From: a virus
Taxonomy: Duplodnaviria > Caudoviricetes
Direction: 5' to 3' (one strand)
Length of the DNA stretch: 24,949 bases
IMG/VR virus record: IMGVR_UViG_3300021791_000010
Span: 1 to 24,949 of that record
The position numbers and the translations under genes are program-made. This document shows, one piece after another, positions 1 to 9,719 of the stretch (positions are counted from its first letter, which is position 1; each line of letters starts with the position of its first letter). The notes beneath the pieces are model-generated. The model was not told the DNA's origin. It saw nothing but the letters and a program-made list of their open reading frames with translations, and did no database searches.

Positions 1-1
1 G

Positions 2-133
2 ACAGGGGAAATTAGAGTAGTAGATAAAGTCGAGTCAATAGAAGAGGCGAAGAAAGTAATTAGAGACAAGGTTATCACGGGGTTTAAATTCTATCTTCTA
101 GAGAACAATACCGTTTTAACTGAGTTAGTATAG
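2..133 (+). CDS. 3' end of hypothetical protein (truncated by window start)
   Basis: Open frame from base 2 (TGEIRVVDKVESIEEAKK...LTELV) to TAG 131-133, directly before the helicase SD (GAAGGAG). Not in the ORF track. Confidence 0.6.
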   Translation, partial: TGEIRVVDKVESIEEAKKVIRDKVITGFKFYLLENNTVLTELV

Positions 134-144
134 AAGGAGATAAT

Positions 145-1410
145 ATGGAAAGTTTTGAATTTATAGAGTCGGGGTTAATTTTACAGCTAAACTCCTTAGA
201 AAACCTAAAAAAGTTTAAGCATGTAACGTCCGATTTCGCTAAACATGGAGATGCTTACAAGTTTTTAACCGAATATGTGGATACATATGGAGAATTTCCT
301 ACCCAAGATTTGTTAACAGAGAATTTTCCTGCATTAGATACGTCTGCAAGAGATTTAAATTTAGATTTTGCGCTAGACAAATTCAAGCAGCAGGTATTAT
401 TTCGTCAAATAGTCACAGTTTTTCAGTCAAATAAAGAGTTATTGCGTGAAAATCCTAAAAAAGCCTTTGCAGGAATTCTTTCAAGTCTAAATGATGTAGG
501 TATTGTATATGATGAGGACATTACTCATTATGATGACCACTCTTTAGTTAGACTAAAGGAATGGCAGGAGCGAAAAGCACATAGATTACGAGATGGGGGC
601 CTTATGGGTATTAAGACACCCTTTAAATCTATTAATAATACAGGCGTAGGATGGATGCCAGGAGATTTAATAGCTATATTTGCTAGACCAACCGTAGGAA
701 AGACTTGGATGTGTGCTGAAATGGCGGTGACAGCAGCTTTATCGGGTGTTAAAACACTATTTGTGTCCACTGAAATGCCTACAAAATCCATTAATTTAAG
801 ATTAGATGTACTTATGGCCAATAAACTAGGCTATAATTTTTCACATAGAGCATTACGACATGGAGAAGACATTGATGCAGAACAATATGAGAAGTTTCTC
901 AAAGAGTTAAACTCGAAATCTTTGTTAATTTGTGACCATATTAGTGGTCAATCAAGCATATCCATAGAATCTATAACTGCTTTGGTACGAAAACACAACC
1001 CAAGCTTCATTGTCTTGGATGGAATCTACTTAGTATCTACTGGACTAGCTAAGAGTGCTACGTGGGAACAGTCTCACGCATTGTTTTATGCTATGAAGAA
1101 TCTCTGCCTGTCCCAAAACATTTCTATGTGTGTCTCTACGCAAGCAAATAGAGACGCATCGGATATGTACGAACCTCCAAGTGCATCAAGTGTAGCGTTT
1201 GGGGATGCTTTAATCAGGGCTGCAGACGTAGCTTTATCCATGTGTAGAACAGTAGACCAAGACGGAGACCCAGATGAACGTATGAGAAGAGTACAAATAC
1301 AGAAGATTAGAGATAGTGAGCTATCCGTTGGAGACATGTATCTAAAATGGTTAGTGAATACAGGAGAAATAGAGGAATTAGATGAGTATGCACCTAACAC
1401 AGACTATTGA
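145..1410 (+). CDS. dnaB: DnaB-like (SF4) replicative DNA helicase
   Basis: Walker A IFARPTVGKT, motif 1a FVSTEM, Walker B FIVLDGIYL, motif 3 STQANR, ADVAL and QKIRD motifs; SD AAGGAG upstream. Confidence 0.93.
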   Translation: MESFEFIESGLILQLNSLENLKKFKHVTSDFAKHGDAYKFLTEYVDTYGEFPTQDLLTENFPALDTSARDLNLDFALDKFKQQVLFRQIVTVFQSNKELLRENPKKAFAGILSSLNDVGIVYDEDITHYDDHSLVRLKEWQERKAHRLRDGGLMGIKTPFKSINNTGVGWMPGDLIAIFARPTVGKTWMCAEMAVTAALSGVKTLFVSTEMPTKSINLRLDVLMANKLGYNFSHRALRHGEDIDAEQYEKFLKELNSKSLLICDHISGQSSISIESITALVRKHNPSFIVLDGIYLVSTGLAKSATWEQSHALFYAMKNLCLSQNISMCVSTQANRDASDMYEPPSASSVAFGDALIRAADVALSMCRTVDQDGDPDERMRRVQIQKIRDSELSVGDMYLKWLVNTGEIEELDEYAPNTDY

Positions 1411-2269
1411 TTGGACGAAAGTACTTCTTGCTGCTGACATTAACATCCCTTTAAACAGGACAGAGTTCAGTACTCTCTGCCCTTTCCATTCAGACAGTAG
1501 AGCTTCCTGCTCAATCAATTTAGACAAGGGAGTATGGATTTGTTTTGCTGGATGTGGGCAGGGGTCGTTAAAGACGTTTGTACAAAAGGTACTAGATATA
1601 GATGACAAGGAGTTTAATAAGTTAATAGGAGAGGTTGAGTTTAGCCTAGACCTAGATTTCTTTGAAGAATATCAACCTACGAACAACTATTTAGAAGAAG
1701 TTATTCTTCCTGATGAGATTACATTGGGAGTTTATCCTTCATGGATTTTTAGACGAGGCTTTAGCACAGACGTTTTACAGGAATGGGAGTGTGGGTCGAA
1801 TCAATATGGAGATTTGATTATACCCATTAGAGATATGGAGGCTAGACTTGTTGGATGGGTTAGTAGACGTAGAGCAGCTATACCTAAATACATGTACAGT
1901 AAAGGATTGAAGAAGTCTAAGGTATTGTTTGGGGCGCAAAAGCTAGCATCCTGCCCTTTTGTATGTATAACAGAAGGAACATTGGATGCAATGTGGCTTA
2001 CTCAACACGGCTATCCTGCTGTAGCATTATTAGGAATGAGCATGTCTAAACGTCAACAAGAATTGTTATCTTCTTTACGAACGGAAGAAGTTGTGCTATG
2101 CTTAGATAATGATGTTGCAGGACAAACTGGATTACACAAGGCTTTACAAGATATTGGAAATACTATTATGAATTCATACATTAGACTTCCAAGCGGTTAC
2201 AAAGATGTTCAAGATATAAAGAGTAAAAAGGTACTTGACACAATAATCAATAACAGATATTATTGGTAG
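1382..2269 (+). CDS. dnaG: DNA primase (CHC2 zinc finger + TOPRIM)
   Basis: CPFH...ICFAGC zinc finger; TOPRIM motifs ITEGTLDA and CLDNDVAG; adjacent to helicase. Exact start uncertain (1382 or 1388). Confidence 0.92.
   Translation: MSMHLTQTIDWTKVLLAADINIPLNRTEFSTLCPFHSDSRASCSINLDKGVWICFAGCGQGSLKTFVQKVLDIDDKEFNKLIGEVEFSLDLDFFEEYQPTNNYLEEVILPDEITLGVYPSWIFRRGFSTDVLQEWECGSNQYGDLIIPIRDMEARLVGWVSRRRAAIPKYMYSKGLKKSKVLFGAQKLASCPFVCITEGTLDAMWLTQHGYPAVALLGMSMSKRQQELLSSLRTEEVVLCLDNDVAGQTGLHKALQDIGNTIMNSYIRLPSGYKDVQDIKSKKVLDTIINNRYYW
2235..2263 (+). promoter_or_regulatory. sigma70-type promoter upstream of ssb
   Basis: TTGACA (2235-2240), 17-nt spacer, TATTAT (2258-2263), in the primase 3' end ahead of the SSB SD TAAGGAGG. 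Confidence 0.7.
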
Positions 2270-2293
2270 ATAGCAAAATATAAGGAGGAAATT

Positions 2294-2989
2294 ATGAGTG
2301 GAATTGCAAGTATAGTACAGGGAAGGGAACGGCCTCAGGTAGGGTCTAGAAATACCGTAGCGAACCAAGAAATTTGGTTCAAGGACGGTGACCAAGCGTT
2401 TGTTACGTCCATGGCTACTGGAGAACCCGATGACACGCTTCTAGACCAAATAGAGTTGTACACATTTAGACACGGCAATAGGTTTGTAAACCTACTAAAA
2501 GATGATGGGGTAGACCTAAGTGTTGTGCCTGCGGATACCCGCCCATCCCATAAATTCGCATTCTGGGGATATGTACATGAGATTATACATACCAGTAAGA
2601 GACAGGATGATTGGGAACAGATTGAAGGCCCCAGTGGAAAGAAGTTATTCAAAGAAACCGTAAATGATTATAAGGTTATTGCGTTAACCTTCGGACGGAA
2701 TGATTATCTCTTCAGCCAATTGATTGACGTATACAATGATTGGGGGTCTCTAAATAAAGGTGTAATAAGAATTAAGAGAACTGGTGCAGGAATGTATGAT
2801 ACATCATATACTATAGCAGCTACTGCAAGGACTGCAGACGTTCCTGAAGAAGACCATGAATTGGTTCCCATTAAAGAATACTTTAAGGAAAGGTATAGTG
2901 CGCTCTGGACTCCAGCAGCTTCTAACTCTTCTGAGAATGCAGGAGAAAAAGAAGTTAGGGTCGAGGACGATGATGACGACCTTTTCTAG
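2294..2989 (+). CDS. Single-stranded DNA-binding protein (phage type)
   Basis: Located in replication module; aromatic-rich core with IKRTGAGMYDTSY segment; acidic C-terminal tail ending EDDDDDLF; strong SD and own promoter. Confidence 0.7.
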   Translation: MSGIASIVQGRERPQVGSRNTVANQEIWFKDGDQAFVTSMATGEPDDTLLDQIELYTFRHGNRFVNLLKDDGVDLSVVPADTRPSHKFAFWGYVHEIIHTSKRQDDWEQIEGPSGKKLFKETVNDYKVIALTFGRNDYLFSQLIDVYNDWGSLNKGVIRIKRTGAGMYDTSYTIAATARTADVPEEDHELVPIKEYFKERYSALWTPAASNSSENAGEKEVRVEDDDDDLF

Positions 2990-3431
2990 GGTAGATGTAG
3001 ATGAGTATTTCTTACAGATTGCCAAGCTAGTAGCCGAACGTAGTACTTGCCGAAGGCGTAGAGTCGGATGCGTCCTGGTGGATTCCAAGAACCACATAGT
3101 CGCTACTGGTTATAATGGTGTACCGTCAGGATTTACTCATTGCTTAGATGCTCCCTGTGAGGGGGCCGACTCTCCCTCAGGGACTGACTTAGATAAATGT
3201 CTAGCTGTTCACGCCGAAGTGAATGCTTTTTTACAGCTTACTTCTGAAGATAAACTCACAGCATATTTATCTACTACACCATGCTTTACTTGTGCCAAGA
3301 TGCTATGTAATAGTAGTGTAGTACGAATTGTTGCAAATGAATGGTACCCCCATACAGCAGTAAAGGATATGTTAAAAGTGGCCAAGATAGATTTAGAGAT
3401 AAGAGCGGTGTACGGAACACAAAGGTATTAA
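2970..3431 (+). CDS. dCMP deaminase
   Basis: STCRRRRVGCV, TGYNG, HAEVNA and PCFTC zinc-deaminase motifs. True start probably ATG 2970 or 2973 (GAGGA at 2963-2967), not 2856. Confidence 0.92.
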   Translation: MMTTFSRVDVDEYFLQIAKLVAERSTCRRRRVGCVLVDSKNHIVATGYNGVPSGFTHCLDAPCEGADSPSGTDLDKCLAVHAEVNAFLQLTSEDKLTAYLSTTPCFTCAKMLCNSSVVRIVANEWYPHTAVKDMLKVAKIDLEIRAVYGTQRY

Positions 3432-5420
3432 ATGTTAGTAAGTAATGAAGAGATATATAGAGAAGTTCTTACAAAATTAACACCACACTCATTTTGGACT
3501 GTGGACGTTGAGACCAATGGTTTGGATTCATATGGGATAAATCAAATTTGTGGTATCGGAATTGGTTGTAAAATAGAGGGAGCTATAGAAACGTTCTATT
3601 TCCCTTTTCGCCATCAACAGGGTATTAATTTAGCCCCACCTTTGCTTAAAGATTTGATGCGTGTAATGAGTTCTAGAAAAGAGTTACTGGGGTATAACCT
3701 CAAGTTTGATATAGGTTTCCTTGAAAATGAGGGGTTGGATATTACGACGGTTACTTTAATAGATGGGATGGTGCTGGTACGTTTAACTGCAGATTCCACT
3801 GTAAAAGAATTAGGACTCACAAAAACTATTCTTAGATTTTATGGAGAAAAGGCCGCACAATACGACATTGATACTAAGAAATATCTTAGGTCAAACAAAT
3901 GGCACAATGATTTTTCTGAAGCCCCTCCAGATATACTAGGAGAGTATTGTGAACAAGATGTTTATTGGACGTATAGATTGTATGAAGATTGCCTTAGAAA
4001 AATAGAACAAAGTAAGCAGGTAGAGATTTTAACATTAGAATATGATTTGACCAAGGTCTTATATGAAATGGAGAAACGAGGGATAAGAGTAGATTCAGCG
4101 TATGCTCAAAAGGCTATGGACAAGATATTAACTCGTCAAACAGAGGTTGAGGGTTCAGTATATAGATTAGCTGGAACCGAATTCAATATTAGAAGTACTC
4201 AAGAAGTGGGGGACGTGTTCCACACTCTAGGAATTACGTCTACTGTATTAACTCCCAAAGGAAGAGAGTCATGGAGCGAGGGAGCGTTGGTACAGATTAA
4301 TAAACCTATTGCAGGACTCGTACGTCAACACAGAGCATTAGCCAAGCTAGCTTCTACATACTTAGAACCATATATAGATATGCCTGTGCTGCATACGTCA
4401 TTCTGTAATTGGGGAACATTAACAGGAAGACTGTCGTCTAGAAGTCCTAATCTTCAAAACATTCCTAGGACACACTTTAAATTAAAGGATACTAAGTTAA
4501 CTACGGAAGAACGGTCTCTTGTTAAAGGCCGTATTGAAGCGGTAATTGCTACGAAGGGTGGGTCATTTTCAGACGAACTCTCTAATGAGGTACTGGATAC
4601 ATGGGGATTTATAGGTGACGAATCATACGATGAGACGGATGAAGAACAGATTTCTATTAGGAGGCTGTTCATTCCAAGGGATGGATACACACTGGTTAGT
4701 TTTGATTACTCACAAATGGAAGTACGGGTATTTCTAAGTTATCTTCAAAATGAAAACATTAAGGAATTGTTAGAGCAAACTGATGTGGATTTTCATGGAG
4801 AAACGGCTAAGATAGCATTTGACCTTGATGAGTCTCATCCTGAATATAAATTTTATAGGCAAATGGCTAAGAGTATAACTTTTGGGATTATCTATGGCAT
4901 TGGAAGTCAGAAACTTTCTCAACAATTAAGAACAACGCAAGGTGAAGCGGCTCAATATAAGAAAAAGTATTTAGATAGTATTAGTGGTTCTAGAGAATTT
5001 ATTAAGGGAGTCATGAGTGCAGTAGAGCAACGTGGTTGGATTAAGAATAAGTACGGAAGAGTTTATAAAGTTCCCAGTGAAATGAGCTATAAAGGAGTAA
5101 ACTATTTAGTACAAGGAACAAGTGCTGATATCCTTAATGAACGACTGGTTGCGATTCATAAATATTTAGAAGATAAGAAGAGTAATCTCTTGCTTCAAGT
5201 ACACGATGAGATTATTTGTGAGATTCATGAATCGGAATTATCGGATGTCCCCGAACAAGTTGCCAAGCTCATGGAGTGGAATAGCTTGGGAGTTCCTCTA
5301 TTTGTCGATAGAGAAGTTTGTTATCCTTCATGGGCAACTAAAATAGATTTTAATGATTGGATATGTGAAGAGTGCCAAGACGATAAAGATGACATACTAA
5401 AGCATATAGATTGGGAGTAG
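3432..5420 (+). CDS. polA: Family A DNA polymerase with 3'-5' exonuclease domain
   Basis: ExoI DVET, ExoII YNLKFD, ExoIII YCEQD; TGRLSS..PNLQNIP; motif A DYSQMEVR, motif B RQMAKSITFGIIYG, motif C VHDEII. No 5'-3' exonuclease domain. Confidence 0.96.
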   Translation: MLVSNEEIYREVLTKLTPHSFWTVDVETNGLDSYGINQICGIGIGCKIEGAIETFYFPFRHQQGINLAPPLLKDLMRVMSSRKELLGYNLKFDIGFLENEGLDITTVTLIDGMVLVRLTADSTVKELGLTKTILRFYGEKAAQYDIDTKKYLRSNKWHNDFSEAPPDILGEYCEQDVYWTYRLYEDCLRKIEQSKQVEILTLEYDLTKVLYEMEKRGIRVDSAYAQKAMDKILTRQTEVEGSVYRLAGTEFNIRSTQEVGDVFHTLGITSTVLTPKGRESWSEGALVQINKPIAGLVRQHRALAKLASTYLEPYIDMPVLHTSFCNWGTLTGRLSSRSPNLQNIPRTHFKLKDTKLTTEERSLVKGRIEAVIATKGGSFSDELSNEVLDTWGFIGDESYDETDEEQISIRRLFIPRDGYTLVSFDYSQMEVRVFLSYLQNENIKELLEQTDVDFHGETAKIAFDLDESHPEYKFYRQMAKSITFGIIYGIGSQKLSQQLRTTQGEAAQYKKKYLDSISGSREFIKGVMSAVEQRGWIKNKYGRVYKVPSEMSYKGVNYLVQGTSADILNERLVAIHKYLEDKKSNLLLQVHDEIICEIHESELSDVPEQVAKLMEWNSLGVPLFVDREVCYPSWATKIDFNDWICEECQDDKDDILKHIDWE

Positions 5421-5422
5421 AA

Positions 5423-5578
5423 ATGATTAAAGAGAGACAAGAATACGATGGTGGATGGATAGAACATAAATTGTACGAAGCGTTAAGGTTGCGAAATCCT
5501 CCAGAGAAATCAAAATCCTTGGCCAGTAAGGTATGGTTAAAGATTCTTAAGGGGGTTAAAGGTAACGTAGATGCGTAA
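5423..5578 (+). CDS. Small hypothetical protein (51 aa, not in ORF track)
   Basis: ATG 5423 with GGGAG upstream, MIKERQEYDGGWIEHKLY...NVDA, TAA 5576-5578; fills the gap between polA and the next gene. Confidence 0.55.
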   Translation: MIKERQEYDGGWIEHKLYEALRLRNPPEKSKSLASKVWLKILKGVKGNVDA

Positions 5579-6146
5579 AATTCCGTTTACACAAGAGATG
5601 ATAGATAGAGCAATTCAAAGGGCCAAAGATTTTAGCCCTAGCGCAAGGCGTTCTCAAGTTAAACATTCAGGAACTGGTTTATCTAATGTAAAGGTTGCTG
5701 GATTTTTAGCTGAGGAAGCGATCGCTGAATATTTAAACGCCGAACTTGTGTTAGGAGAAGACAGGTATAACTATGATTTAGTGTTGGCGGACGGAACTAG
5801 GACGGAAGTTAAGTCGAAACGGCGTACAGTCGCACCTAAACCTAATTATGAAGTATCTGTATATCAGGTAAGTAAGTTTCAAAAACCTGACCTATACATG
5901 TTCTGTAGTTTACAATATGAAAAATCATCTCGAATAGGCAAGGCCATTCAATATGACAATTTGTTACATATTTGGTTACTGGGACAAAAGAAACCAGAGA
6001 CCTTTTTCCGTAAAGCCACCTTTTGGGACGAAGGCGATTACGACAATCGAAATAAATTGCTACTCAAAAGCAAGAGCTATAATATTGAAATAAAAGATTT
6101 AGATGAAATAGGAGACCAATATGACAAGCACACTCTTAGAGAATGA
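5571..6146 (+). CDS. Putative PD-(D/E)xK restriction-endonuclease-fold protein
   Basis: GFLAEE helix followed by YDLV and TEVKSK, matching the E...D...ExK catalytic pattern. Confidence 0.6.
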   Translation: MRKIPFTQEMIDRAIQRAKDFSPSARRSQVKHSGTGLSNVKVAGFLAEEAIAEYLNAELVLGEDRYNYDLVLADGTRTEVKSKRRTVAPKPNYEVSVYQVSKFQKPDLYMFCSLQYEKSSRIGKAIQYDNLLHIWLLGQKKPETFFRKATFWDEGDYDNRNKLLLKSKSYNIEIKDLDEIGDQYDKHTLRE

Positions 6147-6378
6147 TAAAATTTTTACATTATATAAGCAATATAAAAATCTGTTAATTATTGATAGACG
6201 ACGGTTAGGGGTGGAAAACGCAGAACAGATTGCCTCTAACTTAACAGTTGCACACATGCTTGACCATGTGGTATGCTTGTTAAAGAACGAAAAGGAAGAC
6301 CCAATAATAGCAGGAAATGAAGAATTGGAAATCATGCGTAATAACGCTAGACTAGAAGACATTCCATTATGTAGATAA
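6121..6378 (+). CDS. Hypothetical protein
   Basis: 85-aa ORF with AGGAG SD, in operon context. Confidence 0.65.
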   Translation: MTSTLLENDKIFTLYKQYKNLLIIDRRRLGVENAEQIASNLTVAHMLDHVVCLLKNEKEDPIIAGNEELEIMRNNARLEDIPLCR

Positions 6379-6389
6379 GGAGGAACATT

Positions 6390-6608
6390 ATGGCAAAAGT
6401 AGATGTACATTTAGGTTTCACATTTAGGGTGGGGCCATTAGACCAAAATCAATACGGACGAGTAGACCTGACAGTGTCTCAGATTGATACGTCATTACCT
6501 GTGGAGGCTCAATTAGAAGAGTCTAAAGCAGTAGCAGATGTGGTTTGGGATTTCATTAAAGAGAAGGTTGATTCTCAAATTGAAGAGATGCTGGATTCAG
6601 GGAGTTAA
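6390..6608 (+). CDS. Small hypothetical protein upstream of recA
   Basis: 72-aa ORF, SD TAAGGAGG, predicted beta-beta-alpha pattern. Confidence 0.8.
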   Translation: MAKVDVHLGFTFRVGPLDQNQYGRVDLTVSQIDTSLPVEAQLEESKAVADVVWDFIKEKVDSQIEEMLDSGS

Positions 6609-6610
6609 GT

Positions 6611-7549
6611 ATGAAACGTAATGCTGAAGATGCAATAGAACAATTGCTCTCTAAAAAAGACCTAAATTTGTTTAGGGGAAACAGCGAAGCGTTTGCGTAT
6701 GAACGTATCCCATTCGGGATTCCTGCCCTAGATAATTTAACGGGTGGAGGGATTCCAAAGAAACGTATGACCCTTTTATATGGGCCAACTAATGTAGGTA
6801 AATCGTACCTAGCTTCTCAGATAGTTACCAATGCTCAATCTACAGGTGGTTCAGCAGGATGGATAGACACTGAGCTATCGTGGGATTCTGTATGGATGGG
6901 TAAATGTGGGGTCGATACGACCAGAATAGCAGTAGCTCAACCCACTAATGGTGAGGATGCTCTGGCTATAGCTAGAGAGATGATGCAAGTAGGAGTAGAT
7001 GTTATTGTATTAGATAGCATTGCTGGATTAGTTCCTACTGCGGTTGTAGAGGAAGAGTTCTCTTACAACCCTATGGCGTGGCAAGCACGATTTATTAACT
7101 CATCATTACCGAAATTACTGCCCAATCTTAAGAGTGGTTCTGCATTTGTCGCCATTAATCAGGTAAGGTCTAGTTTAGGCCCAGTAGCTATAGATAATAT
7201 GCCTGGAGGACTAGCACAGACTTTCTTTGCCCACTTCTTACTTCAAGTAAGACGTAATGGCTGGATAGAGGAGAACAAGGAGAAGGTGGGATTTGATATG
7301 GAAGTACGCCTTCGGAAAAGTAAAGTAGGTGGAGAGAACTGGAAATCAGCTATAGTACCTTTCAGAGTCTCTGGAGGTATAGATGTTCTTGAAAGTTTTA
7401 TTAGAGAAGCCTTGAACAAAGGATTGATTAAACGGGCTGGAGCATGGTATACTTATAAAGAGGAAAAGGCTATGGGACTTAATGGATTAAAGGAATTATT
7501 TACCAATAATCTTGAAAAAATAGAGGGGTTAAAGAAGGAAGTGTCATGA
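6611..7549 (+). CDS. recA: RecA/UvsX-like recombinase
   Basis: GIPALDNLTGGGIP, Walker A GPTNVGKS, WIDTE, Walker B VIVLDSIAGLVP, INQVR, GLIKRAGAWYTY. Confidence 0.95.
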   Translation: MKRNAEDAIEQLLSKKDLNLFRGNSEAFAYERIPFGIPALDNLTGGGIPKKRMTLLYGPTNVGKSYLASQIVTNAQSTGGSAGWIDTELSWDSVWMGKCGVDTTRIAVAQPTNGEDALAIAREMMQVGVDVIVLDSIAGLVPTAVVEEEFSYNPMAWQARFINSSLPKLLPNLKSGSAFVAINQVRSSLGPVAIDNMPGGLAQTFFAHFLLQVRRNGWIEENKEKVGFDMEVRLRKSKVGGENWKSAIVPFRVSGGIDVLESFIREALNKGLIKRAGAWYTYKEEKAMGLNGLKELFTNNLEKIEGLKKEVS

Positions 7550-7779
7550 GTGCTGATAATTATATCCTAATTCGAAAAGAAAAGGGGGAAGGTACGGGTA
7601 AGAACGCACCTACTGGAAGAGTTATGATTAAGTATGTAGGGTATAATGAGTCTGCTTCATTAAACGAACCTAGTTACTCACGACCTGTATTTATCGCTCT
7701 TACCTTAGAGGACGCTATTTACCATGCGCAAAGTTCAGAAACAGAATACGGATATAGAATTGAAGGATTAGAAGAGTAA
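7546..7779 (+). CDS. Hypothetical protein
   Basis: 77-aa ORF coupled to recA by an ATGA overlap. Confidence 0.7.
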   Translation: MSADNYILIRKEKGEGTGKNAPTGRVMIKYVGYNESASLNEPSYSRPVFIALTLEDAIYHAQSSETEYGYRIEGLEE

Positions 7780-8045
7780 TGTTACAAGAATTTATAGATC
7801 AATTAACTGAATATAACCCTGAGGCACTTTTAGCAGACGGCTTTGAAGATGCCTTTATAGGTATATGTGAGGTTTTTAATCGTCCAATTCTTGCTGCATA
7901 TGATAGAGATAAGTGTATTACTATATTAATGGAAAGAGACGGTATGACAGATGAAGAAGCCGAAGAATACTTTGAATTTAATGTGGCGGGTTCATGGGTT
8001 GGGGATAGCACCCCTGTTTATGTAACATTATGGAAGAATGTATGA
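7779..8045 (+). CDS. Hypothetical phage protein (acidic)
   Basis: 88-aa ORF, TAATG coupling; LADGFEDAFIG...EYFEFNVAGSWVG pattern recalled from uncharacterised phage proteins. Confidence 0.8.
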   Translation: MLQEFIDQLTEYNPEALLADGFEDAFIGICEVFNRPILAAYDRDKCITILMERDGMTDEEAEEYFEFNVAGSWVGDSTPVYVTLWKNV

Positions 8046-8341
8046 TGACTCTTCCAAAAGATTACACAGCCCAAGAGAATATAATTGCGGAGTGTCTATC
8101 AGAATTTGGTCTACGCTATGACCAACAATATGAACTGCTGAAGTATACAGTAGACTTTTGGATACCTGAGATATGTTTGATTATTGAGGCAGATGGTGTA
8201 CATGGTCATTTAAAGAAACGGGACACCAAACGAGATTTAGCATTGATAGAGGGTACGGCTGCGGGATGGGTACTTCATCTTTCGCAGACCACTAAGAAAG
8301 AGATTAAGGAGATGATATGGCAGGCGTTAAACAGATTGTAG
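8042..8341 (+). CDS. Vsr/DUF559-like endonuclease
   Basis: TAQE, YTVDFW, IIEADGVHGH, RDTKRD motifs. Start probably the ATGA overlap at 8042. Confidence 0.8.
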   Translation: MMTLPKDYTAQENIIAECLSEFGLRYDQQYELLKYTVDFWIPEICLIIEADGVHGHLKKRDTKRDLALIEGTAAGWVLHLSQTTKKEIKEMIWQALNRL

Positions 8342-8976
8342 GACAACGAGACGAACTGAACGTTCAAGATAAATGGCTTATCAAAGCGTTAGACTCGCAT
8401 TTAACGGGATCGCAACGGCCCGCTAGGGTCGGAGTGTTCTATCCATCGTCATTAGGTAATACCTGTGACCGTTTCTTATACAATAGTTATAATGGATTGG
8501 TAGAGGAGCAGGTTATTGATGCTAAAACTAAACGTATATTTGATTGCGGAGACTACTTAGGATATAGATATGAGAAATACTTTGAAAAGATGGGGATTTT
8601 AATTGGTACAGAGACCCCTGTTAAATCTGACAACCCTCCCATTTCAGGAAGAATAGACTTCTTAATCAAACACGACCAATTAAGCGTTGCTATTATTGAA
8701 TTGAAGTCTATAAATCAAAGAGGCTTTAAAGCATTATCAAAACCTAAAGATGATCATTACGTACAGATTCAGTTGTATTTAAATTTAACTAACCGTGAGC
8801 ATGGTATACTCTTATATGAGTGTAAGGATGACCAACAGATTAAAGCCTTTAGTGTTTCTAAAGATTTAGAGGCATGGAGGAATATTAAAGAACGGTGTGA
8901 TAGGATTATACATATGACTGAACAACCCAAAGTATGTACAGGTTTACGATATTGTCCGTGTAGGAGGGAAAAATGA
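8317..8976 (+). CDS. Cas4-like PD-(D/E)xK exonuclease
   Basis: YPSSLGNTCDR, SGRIDFL, IIELKS, QIQLY; one N-terminal plus three C-terminal Cys (CTGLRYCPC), as in Cas4/AddB Fe-S nucleases. Confidence 0.82.
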   Translation: MAGVKQIVGQRDELNVQDKWLIKALDSHLTGSQRPARVGVFYPSSLGNTCDRFLYNSYNGLVEEQVIDAKTKRIFDCGDYLGYRYEKYFEKMGILIGTETPVKSDNPPISGRIDFLIKHDQLSVAIIELKSINQRGFKALSKPKDDHYVQIQLYLNLTNREHGILLYECKDDQQIKAFSVSKDLEAWRNIKERCDRIIHMTEQPKVCTGLRYCPCRREK

Positions 8977-9503
8977 CATTAAGGATGGAAAAAAGAGATA
9001 CTAAGTGGTCACCCTTTAAAGCGTTATCCGAAGCTGACCAGTTTATAAATGATTTATCTGTACCACCATTAGGTAAAGAGATTACTAAAGAGTATGGATT
9101 GGATTTTACGAATCTTATGAATGCGGATAATAAAAAGTTAGAAGAGTTCTTAACCATGTTTGGAGGTTATAGAGCTTATCTAGAAAGTCAATTATCTGAT
9201 ATCACAGCTAAAAAAAGTGCGATTGAGGCGGCATTTGATGAAGGGTACGCTGCCGCTATTTACAGACTTGCTGAAGAACGAGAGTCTGAGGGCAAGAAGA
9301 AGCTAACTAGAGAGGAAGTACGTGGTGCAGCATTAACACGCTATGACAGCTTACGAGAGCTACGTAGAGAGGTTATTGAACAAGAAGCGGTACATACTAA
9401 GGTCTCTGGTTTGTTAAACGCATATAAAGCAGCATATGACGCTGTGTCGAGAATTGTAACTCTCCGTACATTAGGACGGGATGGTGGAGGGTTTAAAGCA
9501 TAA
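8973..9503 (+). CDS. Helical coiled-coil protein (possible UvsY-like recombination mediator)
   Basis: 176-aa all-helical ORF inside the recombination cluster, ATGA coupled. Function inferred from context only. Confidence 0.55.
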   Translation: MTLRMEKRDTKWSPFKALSEADQFINDLSVPPLGKEITKEYGLDFTNLMNADNKKLEEFLTMFGGYRAYLESQLSDITAKKSAIEAAFDEGYAAAIYRLAEERESEGKKKLTREEVRGAALTRYDSLRELRREVIEQEAVHTKVSGLLNAYKAAYDAVSRIVTLRTLGRDGGGFKA

Positions 9504-9512
9504 GGAGGAGAC

Positions 9513-9719
9513 ATGCCAACTCATGAAGAGAACGAATTAGATTTTGATGATCATGGAATTTTAGATATGGGAGCTAAAGCAGAAATTATTTTACAGGGAG
9601 TACGATACGCTGTGTTATTTAAGGATATTGATGTATTACGAAAGGCGATTGCAGATTTACAGGATTGTGCCGATATTATGGATGCAATGACTGAGGAACG
9701 ATTTGAAGAATCAGAGTAA
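9513..9719 (+). CDS. Small acidic hypothetical protein
   Basis: 68-aa ORF with SD TAAGGAGG. Confidence 0.75.
   Translation: MPTHEENELDFDDHGILDMGAKAEIILQGVRYAVLFKDIDVLRKAIADLQDCADIMDAMTEERFEESE

Noticed and set aside
2856-2969. 38-aa N-terminal extension of dCMP deaminase in the ORF track
   Set aside because: It overlaps the ssb 3' end; a better start with SD lies at 2970/2973, where family similarity begins.
4470-4655. Intein or intron in polA (also considered for helicase, terL and nrdJ)
   Set aside because: The insertion is too short and lacks Cys/Ser start and His-Asn end; all these frames are continuous with no homing endonuclease motifs.
145-8976. Genome-wide TGA reassignment (Trp or Gly) as the explanation for the redoxin TGA
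   Set aside because: TGA ends the helicase, the 5571 ORF, recA, the 7779 ORF and the Cas4-like gene, several in ATGA overlaps, and long genes contain no in-frame TGA. Standard code 11 applies.
8317-8976. Cas4-like gene as part of a CRISPR-Cas system
   Set aside because: No repeat-spacer array or other cas genes seen; solo Cas4-like nucleases are common in phage recombination modules.
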